Source: Pseudomonadota bacterium (GTDB lineage: Bacteria; Pseudomonadota; Alphaproteobacteria; UBA8366). From it: 64,000 bases of DNA. Position 1 is the first letter of the stretch; the number at the start of each line of letters is the position of its first letter. Below the pieces are notes generated by a model that saw nothing but the letters and a program-made list of their open reading frames with translations, ran no database searches and had not been told where the DNA came from. The stretch is taken from the NCBI GenBank assembly GCA_036339585.1, contig JAYZAS010000006.1, forward strand, positions 66,972-130,971. Direction: 5' to 3'. Made by a program: the position numbers and the translations under genes. Positions 11,443 to 20,551 of the stretch are shown one piece after another.

Positions 11443-12653
11443 TGTTAACGGTAGCTAACGCCAGAGCAAAAATCACAAAAGCGATGGAACGTACGGCCTC
11501 AATAGAGGTGAGTGTAAGTGATGTATTTGGCCGTGTCCTCGCTGAAGAATTGAAATCACGGAGGACACAGCCACCATTCGATGTGTCAGCGATGGATGGC
11601 TACGCAGTACGCGCAAGTGACGTCTCTTCTGTGCCTGCTACTCTAAAAATTGTAGGCACAGCACATGCTGGCGGAAGTTACTCCGAAACTCTCAACTCAG
11701 GCGAAGCGGTACGTATTTTTACTGGCGCGCCGGTTCCAATAGACGCTGACACTGTTGTCATCCAAGAGGATACAACTGTCGAGGGCGATAGTGTTATTAT
11801 AAATGAAATAGAACCAGAACGGCATATTCGTTCTGCTGGCCTTGATTTCAGCGAAGGTGATATACTCCTTAAATCTGGACAATTACTCACGGCTCGAGAT
11901 GCTGGGTTAATAGCAGCCATGAATATTCCCTGGGTTATGGTCAGACAGAGACCGCGTATTGGCATATTGTCGACTGGTGATGAAATAGTGATGCCGGGCG
12001 ATCCACTGGGGCCAAATCAAATAGTCAGCGCTAATTCTACTGGCCTTGCCGCTGCAGTGCGTGCATTTGGCGGTGATCCTGTCCTTTTGGGAATTGCCCC
12101 AGATAATCGTAATGCTCTCGCACGCATAGCCGAAGGTGCTAAGGGTATTGATCTTCTTGTAACTACAGGTGGAGCATCAGTTGGAGATCACGATCTCATC
12201 CAGGAGGTTCTTGGCGGAATCGGTCTTGATGTTGAGTTCTGGAAAATTGCGATGAGACCCGGCAAACCGCTCATTTTTGGTAATTTTAACGACACACCTC
12301 TGCTTGGCCTGCCAGGAAACCCGGTCTCAACAATGGTTTGCGCTTTAATTTTTCTTAAACCAGCGATCGAAGCACAACTTGGCCTGCAAACTTCCGACGA
12401 TGCTCTTGAAACTGTCGAGGTGACTGAGTCTCTGCCCAAGAATGGCGAGAGGGAAGACTACATACGCGGCAGACTAAACAAAAGTAAAAATGGAGTAATG
12501 CAAGTAACACCATTTCCTATTCAAGATAGCTCTATGATGGTTTCACTTGCACGATCCGATTGCTTCATCGTTCGAAAACCGCTGGCACCTGGTATATCTG
12601 CCGGAACCCCAGTGAAAATCCTTCGCATGCCTTCGATGCTAGCGGGATACTAA
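11442..12653 (+). CDS. moeA: molybdopterin molybdenumtransferase
   Basis: 403 aa with PPFDVSAMDGYAV, TTGGASVGDHD and GLPGNPVS. One-base overlap with the moaC stop (TAATG). Confidence 0.9.
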   Translation: MLTVANARAKITKAMERTASIEVSVSDVFGRVLAEELKSRRTQPPFDVSAMDGYAVRASDVSSVPATLKIVGTAHAGGSYSETLNSGEAVRIFTGAPVPIDADTVVIQEDTTVEGDSVIINEIEPERHIRSAGLDFSEGDILLKSGQLLTARDAGLIAAMNIPWVMVRQRPRIGILSTGDEIVMPGDPLGPNQIVSANSTGLAAAVRAFGGDPVLLGIAPDNRNALARIAEGAKGIDLLVTTGGASVGDHDLIQEVLGGIGLDVEFWKIAMRPGKPLIFGNFNDTPLLGLPGNPVSTMVCALIFLKPAIEAQLGLQTSDDALETVEVTESLPKNGEREDYIRGRLNKSKNGVMQVTPFPIQDSSMMVSLARSDCFIVRKPLAPGISAGTPVKILRMPSMLAGY

Positions 12654-12694
12654 AAAGCTATTTATAAACTTAAGTTCTACTTGACCCGATTCGC

Positions 12695-12709
12695 GAACTT
12701 TAATAGAAC
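12695..12709. promoter_or_regulatory. LexA operator (alphaproteobacterial SOS box, GAAC-N7-GAAC)
   Basis: Exact GAACTTTAATAGAAC, about 160 nt upstream of the lexA ATG. It matches the direct-repeat SOS box reported for Rhodobacter and Rhizobium-type LexA. Confidence 0.7.
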
Positions 12710-12719
12710 ATATGGGGAA

Positions 12720-12734
12720 GTTTCTGTTTTGTTC
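12720..12734. promoter_or_regulatory. possible second, degenerate SOS box in inverse orientation (GTTT-N7-GTTC)
   Basis: GTTTCTGTTTTGTTC differs by one base from GTTC-N7-GTTC and lies 11 nt from the first box. Confidence 0.35.
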
Positions 12735-12866
12735 GGGTTTTTTTCGTCACTAGCGATTATTTTAACTGTAAAAGTTTATTAAATACTTGGTTGGGATGGA
12801 TTTTTACTGGTGCATACACAAGAACCGTTTAATTTTTAATAGGTTTGTAAAGATGGGTGTTATGAA

Positions 12867-13562
12867 ATGCTAACTCGAAAGCAATATGATTTGTTGATGT
12901 ATATCCAAGATTGTCTTCTTAAGAATGGTATTCCGCCCTCTTTCGACGAAATGAAAGAGAAATTACAACTAAAATCCAAATCCGGAATACACCGCTTGGT
13001 TACCGGTTTGGAAGAACGAGGTTTCATACGCCGCTTACCCCACAAGGCGCGTGCCCTCGATGTCGTTAGATTGCCCGAAAATGTACCCGGAGAAAAACCA
13101 AAACATCAAGGTTTTAATCCAACGGTAATCAGTAATGATAAACCATTTGGGCGCCCCGGAATGCCGCTTATTGAAGCAGACGCCATCAGTCTACCATGCT
13201 ATGGAAAAATTGCAGCCGGGACACCTGTTGAGGCGCTTCGCGACGAGACTGCTCAAATTGAAGTGCCAACATCGATGCTATCCTCTGGCGAGCACTACAC
13301 GTTAGAAGTTGAGGGAGAATCGATGATTGAGGCGGGTATTTTTGATGGAGATACGGTCATCATAGAGTACTGCGACACCGCGGAAAGCGGGAACATCGTA
13401 GTTGCCCTCATTGACGAAACTGAAGCCACGCTAAAGCGGTTACGACGCAAAGGCGATTCAATTGCATTGGAACCAGCCAATAAAGATTACGAAACTCGGA
13501 TCTTCGGCCCGGATAGAGTAACAGTTCAAGGCAAGCTTGTCGGGTTACTGAGAAGTTATTAG
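12867..13562 (+). CDS. lexA: SOS repressor LexA
   Basis: 231 aa. Winged-helix N-terminus ([12 protein letters not shown]), AAG cleavage site (GKIAAGTP), and S24 peptidase core (GESM...LKRL). Confidence 0.95.
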   Translation: MLTRKQYDLLMYIQDCLLKNGIPPSFDEMKEKLQLKSKSGIHRLVTGLEERGFIRRLPHKARALDVVRLPENVPGEKPKHQGFNPTVISNDKPFGRPGMPLIEADAISLPCYGKIAAGTPVEALRDETAQIEVPTSMLSSGEHYTLEVEGESMIEAGIFDGDTVIIEYCDTAESGNIVVALIDETEATLKRLRRKGDSIALEPANKDYETRIFGPDRVTVQGKLVGLLRSY

Positions 13563-13712
13563 TATTCCGGCGAAATTACATTCTGGACAATTTTAGCCGG
13601 TGAAATGCATGCAACGATACATCATTCTTTATGACGGTTAGAATGCTTTTGGTTGTTTTAGAAAAGAAACATGTGATTTTATTTTCAGTATTGCTAATTG
13701 ATTTGAACCACA

Positions 13713-15110
13713 ATGACAGTTGTAACCCGCTTTGCTCCCTCACCTACCGGCTATCTACATATTGGTGGCGCACGTACCGCATTATTCAACTGGCTATTTG
13801 CGCGACATAATGGTGGCCACTACAAGCTGAGAATAGAAGATACTGACGCAAAACGATCTACCGAACCTGCCATCAATGCAATTATAGATAGCTTAAAATG
13901 GTTAAGGCTAGAAAATGATGGGGAAATAATTTTTCAATCTAGCAGACGCAACCTTCATGTCGCGGCAGCAGAAAAACTTCTCGCAGAGAACAAAGCCTAT
14001 CGATGTTATTGCTCACCTGAAGAGTTATCCGCAATGCGGGCCAAAGCAAGAACTTCCGGAACAACCAATTCATATGACAGGCGCTGGCGCGACAGAGATC
14101 CAGCTGACCGTCCTAGTGACATAAGACCGGTAGTTAGAATTAAGATGCCACTTGAAGGAGTGACGACCATTAATGATAAGGTCCAGGGCGAAGTCAGTGT
14201 GAACAATGAGGAGCTTGATGACTTTATTCTTCTACGATCTGATGGCAGCCCAACGTACATGCATTCAGTCGTAGTAGACGATCACGATATGGGAGTAACG
14301 CATGTCATACGTGGAGATGATCATCTAAATAATGCATTCCGGCAATACCATTTGTACCAAGCGTTAAGTTGGGAACTTCCAGAATATGCGCATATTCCGT
14401 TGATACATGGACAGGATGGTCAGAAGTTGTCGAAGAGACATGGAGCGCTTGGTGTCGAGACATACAGAGAGATGGGGTATTTGCCTGAAGCCGTCCGTAA
14501 TTATTTGCTGCGTCTCGGTTGGTCGCACAAGGATCATGAATTAATTTCGACCGAGAATGCTGTGAAATGGTTCAAACTTTCCAGTATTAATAAGGGACCA
14601 TCACGTTTCGACTTTGATCGCCTCGACAGTGTTAACAAACATTACATTTCTGAGTGCAGTGATGAAAAATTAGTTCGATTGATCCTTGAATTTGCTAGAT
14701 GCCATAAAAATATAAATGAAGACATATTCGTCAAACGCCTTTTGGTTTTACTTCCGGCTCTTAAAAAGCGTGCAAAAAATCTCAAAGAGATGTGTGATGA
14801 TGCATTGTTTTTAGTTATACCGCCTGTTTATCCCGTTAAAGATAAAAAGGCTGCAAGTTGCCTCGGACCAAGTTCTATAGAATTGTTGAGATCGCTCAAT
14901 TTAACACTTAATGAGATTGAAGATTGGAGTTTCGAACGAACAGAGACCTGTGTTCGTTCTTTTGCCGATGCCCGCGGAGTAAAGCTAGCCGATGTTGCGA
15001 GACCCTTGCGCGTAGCTTTAACTGGGTCCTTGGCTTCGCCTAGTATCTTTGAAGTTGTTGTTGCGCTTGGTCGTGAAGAGGTACAAACGCGATTAAGGAA
15101 CGTCCAATGA
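13713..15110 (+). CDS. gltX: glutamate--tRNA ligase
   Basis: 465 aa with RFAPSPTGYLHIGGAR (HIGH) and KLSKRH (KMSKS). Confidence 0.93.
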   Translation: MTVVTRFAPSPTGYLHIGGARTALFNWLFARHNGGHYKLRIEDTDAKRSTEPAINAIIDSLKWLRLENDGEIIFQSSRRNLHVAAAEKLLAENKAYRCYCSPEELSAMRAKARTSGTTNSYDRRWRDRDPADRPSDIRPVVRIKMPLEGVTTINDKVQGEVSVNNEELDDFILLRSDGSPTYMHSVVVDDHDMGVTHVIRGDDHLNNAFRQYHLYQALSWELPEYAHIPLIHGQDGQKLSKRHGALGVETYREMGYLPEAVRNYLLRLGWSHKDHELISTENAVKWFKLSSINKGPSRFDFDRLDSVNKHYISECSDEKLVRLILEFARCHKNINEDIFVKRLLVLLPALKKRAKNLKEMCDDALFLVIPPVYPVKDKKAASCLGPSSIELLRSLNLTLNEIEDWSFERTETCVRSFADARGVKLADVARPLRVALTGSLASPSIFEVVVALGREEVQTRLRNVQ

Positions 15111-15258
15111 CGTTCCATAAAGTAAAAATTGTTCTCTCGACTGTAATTGCGATGTTTGTCAGAGCACGTTATACTGCAGTGCAGCAGGGTTCAAAACGTG
15201 GGACTTTGTACTAGTCAATTTAGGGTTTTTTAAAGAACAAAATCAGGGATGGGCTGAT

Positions 15259-16578
15259 ATGCCAAAATCACCGGCCTCGGACGGCGCAAATGAATACATC
15301 ACATTAACTGACCACAGCACTGGCAAGACTGTTGATTTTCCCCTTTTACCGGGAGCAACTGGCCCAAAGGTGTTCGATATTGGCGCACTGTACAAAGAGA
15401 CAGGCTATTTTACTTATGATCCTGGATACACCTGCACAGGGGCCTGCGAGTCAAAAATGACCTTCATTGACGGTGAACAAGGTATTCTTATGCACCGTGG
15501 TTATTTGATAGAAGACTTGGCAAAACAGAGTGACTACATGGAACTTTGTTATATGCTTTTGAACGATGACTTGCCAGATAGTAAGCAAAAAAAAGAGTTT
15601 GTGCGCATCATCACTGAACATTCTATGGTGCACGAACAGCTTAAGAAGTTTTACGACGGGTTTCGGCGTGGCGCACATCCAATGGCAATAATGTGCGGCG
15701 TTGTAGGAGCTCTTTCGGCTTTTTATCCCGATTCAATTGACATCCTTGATCCAAAACAGCGAACAATAACCGCACACAGATTGGTTGCAAAAATGCCTAC
15801 CATAGGTGCGATGGCATATAAATACTCCATTGGCCAACCATTTATATACCCGCGCAATGATCTCAATTACGCGGAGAACTTTCTTCATATGATGTTTGCA
15901 GTCCCTGCTGAAGAGTACAAAGTCAATCCCGTAATTGCAAAAGCAATGGACCGTATATTTCTCCTGCACGCGGATCATGAACAGAACGCATCCACTTCGA
16001 CGGTCCGATTAGCAGGTTCGACCGGTGCAAATCCATTTGCCAGTGTTGCTGCTGGAATTGCCGCGCTCTGGGGCCCAGCACACGGTGGAGCTAATGAAGC
16101 CGTGCTAAATATGCTAGCCGAAATAGGCAACGCTGATAGGATTCCAGAATATGTGGAAAAAGCCAAAGATCCAAATGATGAGTTCCGACTGTTTGGATTT
16201 GGCCATCGAGTATACAAGAATTATGACCCACGAGCAAAAGTTCTTCAAGAATCCTGTCATGAGGTATTAGACGCTCTGGGAATTGAACATGAGCCTCTTT
16301 TGGATATCGCCGTGCAACTAGAAGAAATGGCCCTGAAGGACGATTACTTCATAGAAAAAAAGCTATTTCCCAATGTGGATTTCTATTCTGGCATAATATT
16401 AAAAGCAATCGGAATGCCCACCACAATGTTTACAGTTTTATTCGCAATAGCCCGGACGATAGGCTGGATTGCACAATGGAACGAGATGATAGAAGACCCA
16501 GTACAGAAGTTGGGGCGTCCGCGCCAACTCTATACAGGAGCTACTGAACGCCCTGTAACCCCAATTCATAAGCGTTAA
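15259..16578 (+). CDS. gltA: citrate synthase (type II)
   Basis: 439 aa with [21 protein letters not shown] and GFGHRVYK motifs. Confidence 0.95.
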   Translation: MPKSPASDGANEYITLTDHSTGKTVDFPLLPGATGPKVFDIGALYKETGYFTYDPGYTCTGACESKMTFIDGEQGILMHRGYLIEDLAKQSDYMELCYMLLNDDLPDSKQKKEFVRIITEHSMVHEQLKKFYDGFRRGAHPMAIMCGVVGALSAFYPDSIDILDPKQRTITAHRLVAKMPTIGAMAYKYSIGQPFIYPRNDLNYAENFLHMMFAVPAEEYKVNPVIAKAMDRIFLLHADHEQNASTSTVRLAGSTGANPFASVAAGIAALWGPAHGGANEAVLNMLAEIGNADRIPEYVEKAKDPNDEFRLFGFGHRVYKNYDPRAKVLQESCHEVLDALGIEHEPLLDIAVQLEEMALKDDYFIEKKLFPNVDFYSGIILKAIGMPTTMFTVLFAIARTIGWIAQWNEMIEDPVQKLGRPRQLYTGATERPVTPIHKR

Positions 16579-16586
16579 GGCCTACG

Positions 16587-16601
16587 CCGACCCAAGGTCG
16601 G
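16587..16601. terminator. short GC hairpin between convergent gltA and lpxB (weak terminator candidate)
   Basis: CCGACC-CAA-GGTCGG, 9 nt after the gltA stop. There is no clear U-tract on either strand. Confidence 0.3.
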
Positions 16602-16665
16602 GGACTTATTGCGCCGCGTTGGTAAATTAGTATTTGTTTTCTCTTTCCGCTTTCTAGCAGGTCAG

Positions 16666-17826
16666 TTATTTCTCTCCTAATAATTTCAAAATAATCTGGG
16701 CTGCGCGAGAACTCGGCGGTTTGTCTCCAACTCCTAATTTTTTCAAAGCGGGAGCTACACCTATTATCTGTCGTTTTTTCTCACTATCATGAAGAAGGCG
16801 TTCTAAATCGTCAGCAATAATCGCTGGTTTACAATATTCTTGCAATCGTTCCGGCACAACTTCCTTGTTGAGAATTATATTGATTAAATTAGCAAATCTT
16901 ACCTTTATCATTAGACGTAAAATGGGAGCGGTTATAGATGCTACTTTGTAAGCTATGATAGTTGGCACCTTTGCAAGCGCCAGCTCTAGAGAGACAGTAC
17001 CAGAAGCAGCGATTGCTGCGTTTGAAGCTGCCATTAGATCGTATTTTTCTTTGGTATCGCTTAATACGGTTACCGTCACCGGCCAATCACTCACGTAGTC
17101 AGGCAACCTTTTCGCCACAGTTTCTACTGTTGGAACAAAAACATGAAAAGAATATCCACGTTTGAGCAGAATGTTCAACACAGACCCAAAAATAGGAGCT
17201 AAACGGCGAACTTCGCCCTGTCTTGACCCAGGTAAGATACAAAGCACAATGGCATTAGCAGGTATGCCATAACGCTCCCGAAATAGAGGACCATTACCAT
17301 TATCAGCGCCATATTCTATAACTGGGTGCCCGACAAAGTGACATGGTAATCCAACCTTTTCAAAAAAAGGCGGTTCAAAAGGAAGTAATGCCAAGACCAT
17401 ATCATAATTTTTCTTATATTTGTGGACACGCCAAGGTCGCCAAGCCCAAACCGTTGGTGCTACATAATGGACTTTTATTGCGCGATGATCACGCAATCTG
17501 GCTGCCACTTGATTTGAAAATCCTGGAGAGTCGATTGTTATCAAAATATCAGGGTCTTCAGATATGATCGAATTTACAGTTTGTCTTACACGGCTCAAAA
17601 TACGCGGCAAATGCGGCAACACCTCCACAATACCCATCACACTCAATTCTTTCATTGGAAAAATACTTAAATGGCCCTTGGCCTCCATTTCTGGCCCGCC
17701 TACACCAATAAATTTCACCTTACACTTGGCCTGTTGGCGTATTTTTTCTATGAGCCTTGCGCCGATATGATCCCCTGAGGGCTCCCCAGCAATAAGAAAA
17801 ATCTTTTTGGAATGCGCGCTCATCAC
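16666..17826 (-). CDS. lpxB: lipid-A-disaccharide synthase
   Basis: 386 aa with IFLIAGEPSGD, YVAPTVWAWR, PGSR and ASGTVSLELA. Confidence 0.92.
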   Translation of the reverse strand: MMSAHSKKIFLIAGEPSGDHIGARLIEKIRQQAKCKVKFIGVGGPEMEAKGHLSIFPMKELSVMGIVEVLPHLPRILSRVRQTVNSIISEDPDILITIDSPGFSNQVAARLRDHRAIKVHYVAPTVWAWRPWRVHKYKKNYDMVLALLPFEPPFFEKVGLPCHFVGHPVIEYGADNGNGPLFRERYGIPANAIVLCILPGSRQGEVRRLAPIFGSVLNILLKRGYSFHVFVPTVETVAKRLPDYVSDWPVTVTVLSDTKEKYDLMAASNAAIAASGTVSLELALAKVPTIIAYKVASITAPILRLMIKVRFANLINIILNKEVVPERLQEYCKPAIIADDLERLLHDSEKKRQIIGVAPALKKLGVGDKPPSSRAAQIILKLLGEK

Positions 17827-17828
17827 AA

Positions 17829-18650
17829 TTACGAGTTTTTGGGTAAAGCAACCAAGAAAAGGCCAGCTTTATCTGCATACGAGATAGTTTCCGTAAGCTC
17901 AACGATCAACACTCCACCTGCCTGTAAAGCGATACCCGAGAGACCCGCAGAATTGGCAAGTTCAACGGTTTTGATGCCAATAGTCGGAAGGTCTACCCTC
18001 TCATCCTGTCCTATTTTCGGCAGCTTCACCAGGACACCACCTATGCCATCACGGCGCAACAAACCTGACCGCTTAATGAGCATATCCGTACCCTCTGCAG
18101 CCTCAATACCAAGCACCATCCCTTGTTGTATGATTATCGACTGCCCAACATCAAATGGGCTGAGTGCCGCTAATATTTTTTGTCCACGCTCTATATCGCA
18201 CTTCAACTCTTGGTTAGGTCTATGGATGCCTAAAACCCCCTCTGATGGCTTAAGGCATGGTAAAATTGTTTCAACACCAACAACCTTAACTCCCTCACTC
18301 TCGATTACATCAATGACTGCACTCAAAATACCGTCGTCCCCAAAAGCTTTCGACCCGGCTTGCATCAATACTTTTAGTGCCTTCGCGTCTGGGCGTATTG
18401 CTGCGAGCGATGGACGCCGGACAGGCCCAGTCATTACAATTTCTTTTATTTTGTGGCGATGCATTAGATTGATAGCTTTCCCAGCTGCTCCAAGCCTGCA
18501 CCAGTCTAAAGGGTGGCCTTTTAACTCATTAGGGTCGGCATGATCCTTTATACCGAAAATATGGTAGGGGCGTTTTTCCTTAATGCAGGTTTCTGCAACG
18601 AGCCGTGGCAAAAGCCCCCCACCTGCAACAATTCCAAGTTTAGGTTTCAT
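17829..18650 (-). CDS. lpxI: UDP-2,3-diacylglucosamine pyrophosphatase LpxI (DUF1009)
   Basis: [13 protein letters not shown]-terminus, EAAEGTD and DLPTIG motifs, in the lpxA-lpxI-lpxB position typical of alphaproteobacteria. I chose ATG 18650 (11 nt overlap with lpxA); the track start 18704 is TTG. Confidence 0.8.
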   Translation of the reverse strand: MKPKLGIVAGGGLLPRLVAETCIKEKRPYHIFGIKDHADPNELKGHPLDWCRLGAAGKAINLMHRHKIKEIVMTGPVRRPSLAAIRPDAKALKVLMQAGSKAFGDDGILSAVIDVIESEGVKVVGVETILPCLKPSEGVLGIHRPNQELKCDIERGQKILAALSPFDVGQSIIIQQGMVLGIEAAEGTDMLIKRSGLLRRDGIGGVLVKLPKIGQDERVDLPTIGIKTVELANSAGLSGIALQAGGVLIVELTETISYADKAGLFLVALPKNS

Positions 18651-19443
18651 GGCCAGACTTAGGCTGGGTAACTCCACGATGCGAGTCCGCTTTAATGAAA
18701 TCAATTATTTCCATTACGGCCGATTCTTGCCCGAAGGTTTCGGCAACATCCTTCACGCGTTCCTTGGCTGTACCTTCGTCAGCAAAAAGCATTCTATACG
18801 CGGCACGCAGCCGATTAATTTTTTCTTTACTAAAATTACTCCGTTTTAATCCAATTAAGTTGAGACCAGAAAGATGGGCTCGGTCTCCATGAACCTGACC
18901 GAATGGAATAACATCAAATTCCACACCAGTCATTCCACCTACCATGGCGTGATGCCCAATACGTACGAACTGATGCACCGCAGACAAACCTCCAATAATC
19001 GCAAAATCACCGAGAATAACATGCCCTGCTAAGGTTGCATTATTTGCCATGATTACATTATTCCCGACATGGCAATCATGCGCTACATGAGCCCCAACCA
19101 TAAATAAACAGTTATCGCCAACACTTGTAACCATTCCCCCACCCTCTGTTCCAGGGCTCATAGTTACGTATTCTCGTATTTTGTTATTGTTTCCGATTCT
19201 TAAGATGGATTTCTCACCCATAAATTTTAAGTCCTGGGGGGCATGGCCTATGGACGCAAAGGGAAAGATTTCTGTATTTGAGCCTATTTCTGTTTGCCCT
19301 TGAATCACAACATTCGAGTGGATAAGGGAGTCATCGCCCAGTAGAGTGCTCGCCCCTATATGGCAAAACGGTCCAATCTTAACATTTTTGCCTATTTCAG
19401 CCCCTTTTTCGATAATCGAAGAAGCGTGCACTTCCACAGTCAT
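18640..19443 (-). CDS. lpxA: acyl-ACP--UDP-N-acetylglucosamine O-acyltransferase
   Basis: 267 aa. Hexapeptide-repeat left-handed beta-helix and a C-terminal helical domain (GLNLIGLKR). Confidence 0.93.
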   Translation of the reverse strand: MTVEVHASSIIEKGAEIGKNVKIGPFCHIGASTLLGDDSLIHSNVVIQGQTEIGSNTEIFPFASIGHAPQDLKFMGEKSILRIGNNNKIREYVTMSPGTEGGGMVTSVGDNCLFMVGAHVAHDCHVGNNVIMANNATLAGHVILGDFAIIGGLSAVHQFVRIGHHAMVGGMTGVEFDVIPFGQVHGDRAHLSGLNLIGLKRSNFSKEKINRLRAAYRMLFADEGTAKERVKDVAETFGQESAVMEIIDFIKADSHRGVTQPKSGHET

Positions 19444-19928
19444 CGATCGTCTACGATCATCGCGGTGAAAGATGCCTCGGCCGCTAATTGCCCCTCCACC
19501 ATTGCCTCACTGGAAAATTTCCATACCTTGCCTCTCTGGCGTACTTTTTTAACATGTAAATACAATGTATCACCCGGCACAACTGGACGCCTAAAACGTG
19601 CATTCTCAATCGTCATGAAATATACGCCGGGCTGGCCCTCACTAGTGGGAAGGTTGTTAACTACTATTGCACCAGCAGTTTGAGCCATTGCCTCTACGAT
19701 CAGCACGCCAGGCATAATAGGCTGGCCGGGAAAATGACCTTGGAAAAAAGGTTCCGAAACTGACACACATTTTATCCCTGTAGCACTCTCGTCCCCTACG
19801 ACATCAACAACCTTATCTATGAGCAAAAACGGATACCGGTGCGGAATTAGGCTCATTATTGATTGAATATTTAAATGCTGAGGTTTTTTTGCGGCCAACG
19901 GCTCTATCGTTCTTGGTTTGCTACTCAT
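19440..19928 (-). CDS. fabZ: 3-hydroxyacyl-ACP dehydratase FabZ
   Basis: [30 protein letters not shown] and EAMAQ motifs. ATG 19928 is preferred over the TTG at 19946. Confidence 0.93.
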   Translation of the reverse strand: MSSKPRTIEPLAAKKPQHLNIQSIMSLIPHRYPFLLIDKVVDVVGDESATGIKCVSVSEPFFQGHFPGQPIMPGVLIVEAMAQTAGAIVVNNLPTSEGQPGVYFMTIENARFRRPVVPGDTLYLHVKKVRQRGKVWKFSSEAMVEGQLAAEASFTAMIVDDR

Positions 19929-19954
19929 AAATCCCACCCCACACAATTCTAAAC

Positions 19955-20548
19955 TTACTGCCTTTTAGATGGTGGCGGCGATACCGCTAACTCAACTTTG
20001 GGCAACATCTTATCTAATCGTTCCAATGCTTCATTTGTCAGTACCAGATTTGTGTCTATAAATAAAACTATACGTCTGCTCTTTGTGGCATTAATGAACA
20101 TATTGATACCGCGTTCTTGTGCCATTTTTTTTAATATTTTGTTTAAAACGTCATCGATTTGCGCCATTCCGCGATTAAATATCTGATCCAATTCGCTTTT
20201 GCGACTCTGCAGAATTCGAGAGAGCTCGGTAGCTTGCTGACGTATCTCCGCTCGTCGTTTTTTAAGCTGTTCAGCATCCAAAGTAGTCGACTGAAGTTTC
20301 AATTCCTCACTGGCTTTTTCTAGAGCATTCTGTGCGTCTTTAATCTCTGCTTGATAGCGTTGATAACGCTTTTCAATCAAGTTACGCAAACCTTTGGCTG
20401 CCATTGAGTCTCTGGTTATCAACTTATGGTCAACAACTGCAACCTTTGTTGCCTGTGAACTGGCCCCAGTCGGTGCACTGGAAAGGGCACCACTAAATAA
20501 TAACAATGACGCAGCAATAAAAACCTGAATATTACTTTTAGTCTTCAC
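19955..20548 (-). CDS. OmpH/Skp family periplasmic chaperone
   Basis: 197 aa with a signal peptide and a long coiled-coil, K/E/Q-rich body. It lies immediately downstream of bamA. Confidence 0.8.
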   Translation of the reverse strand: MKTKSNIQVFIAASLLLFSGALSSAPTGASSQATKVAVVDHKLITRDSMAAKGLRNLIEKRYQRYQAEIKDAQNALEKASEELKLQSTTLDAEQLKKRRAEIRQQATELSRILQSRKSELDQIFNRGMAQIDDVLNKILKKMAQERGINMFINATKSRRIVLFIDTNLVLTNEALERLDKMLPKVELAVSPPPSKRQ

Positions 20549-20551
20549 GAA

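Noticed and set aside
17812-18543. 243 aa plus-strand ORF
   Set aside because: It lies entirely antisense to lpxI and the lpxB start, both of which have strong family motifs. The translation is Ser/Pro/Ala/Ile-rich low complexity, typical of a shadow frame.
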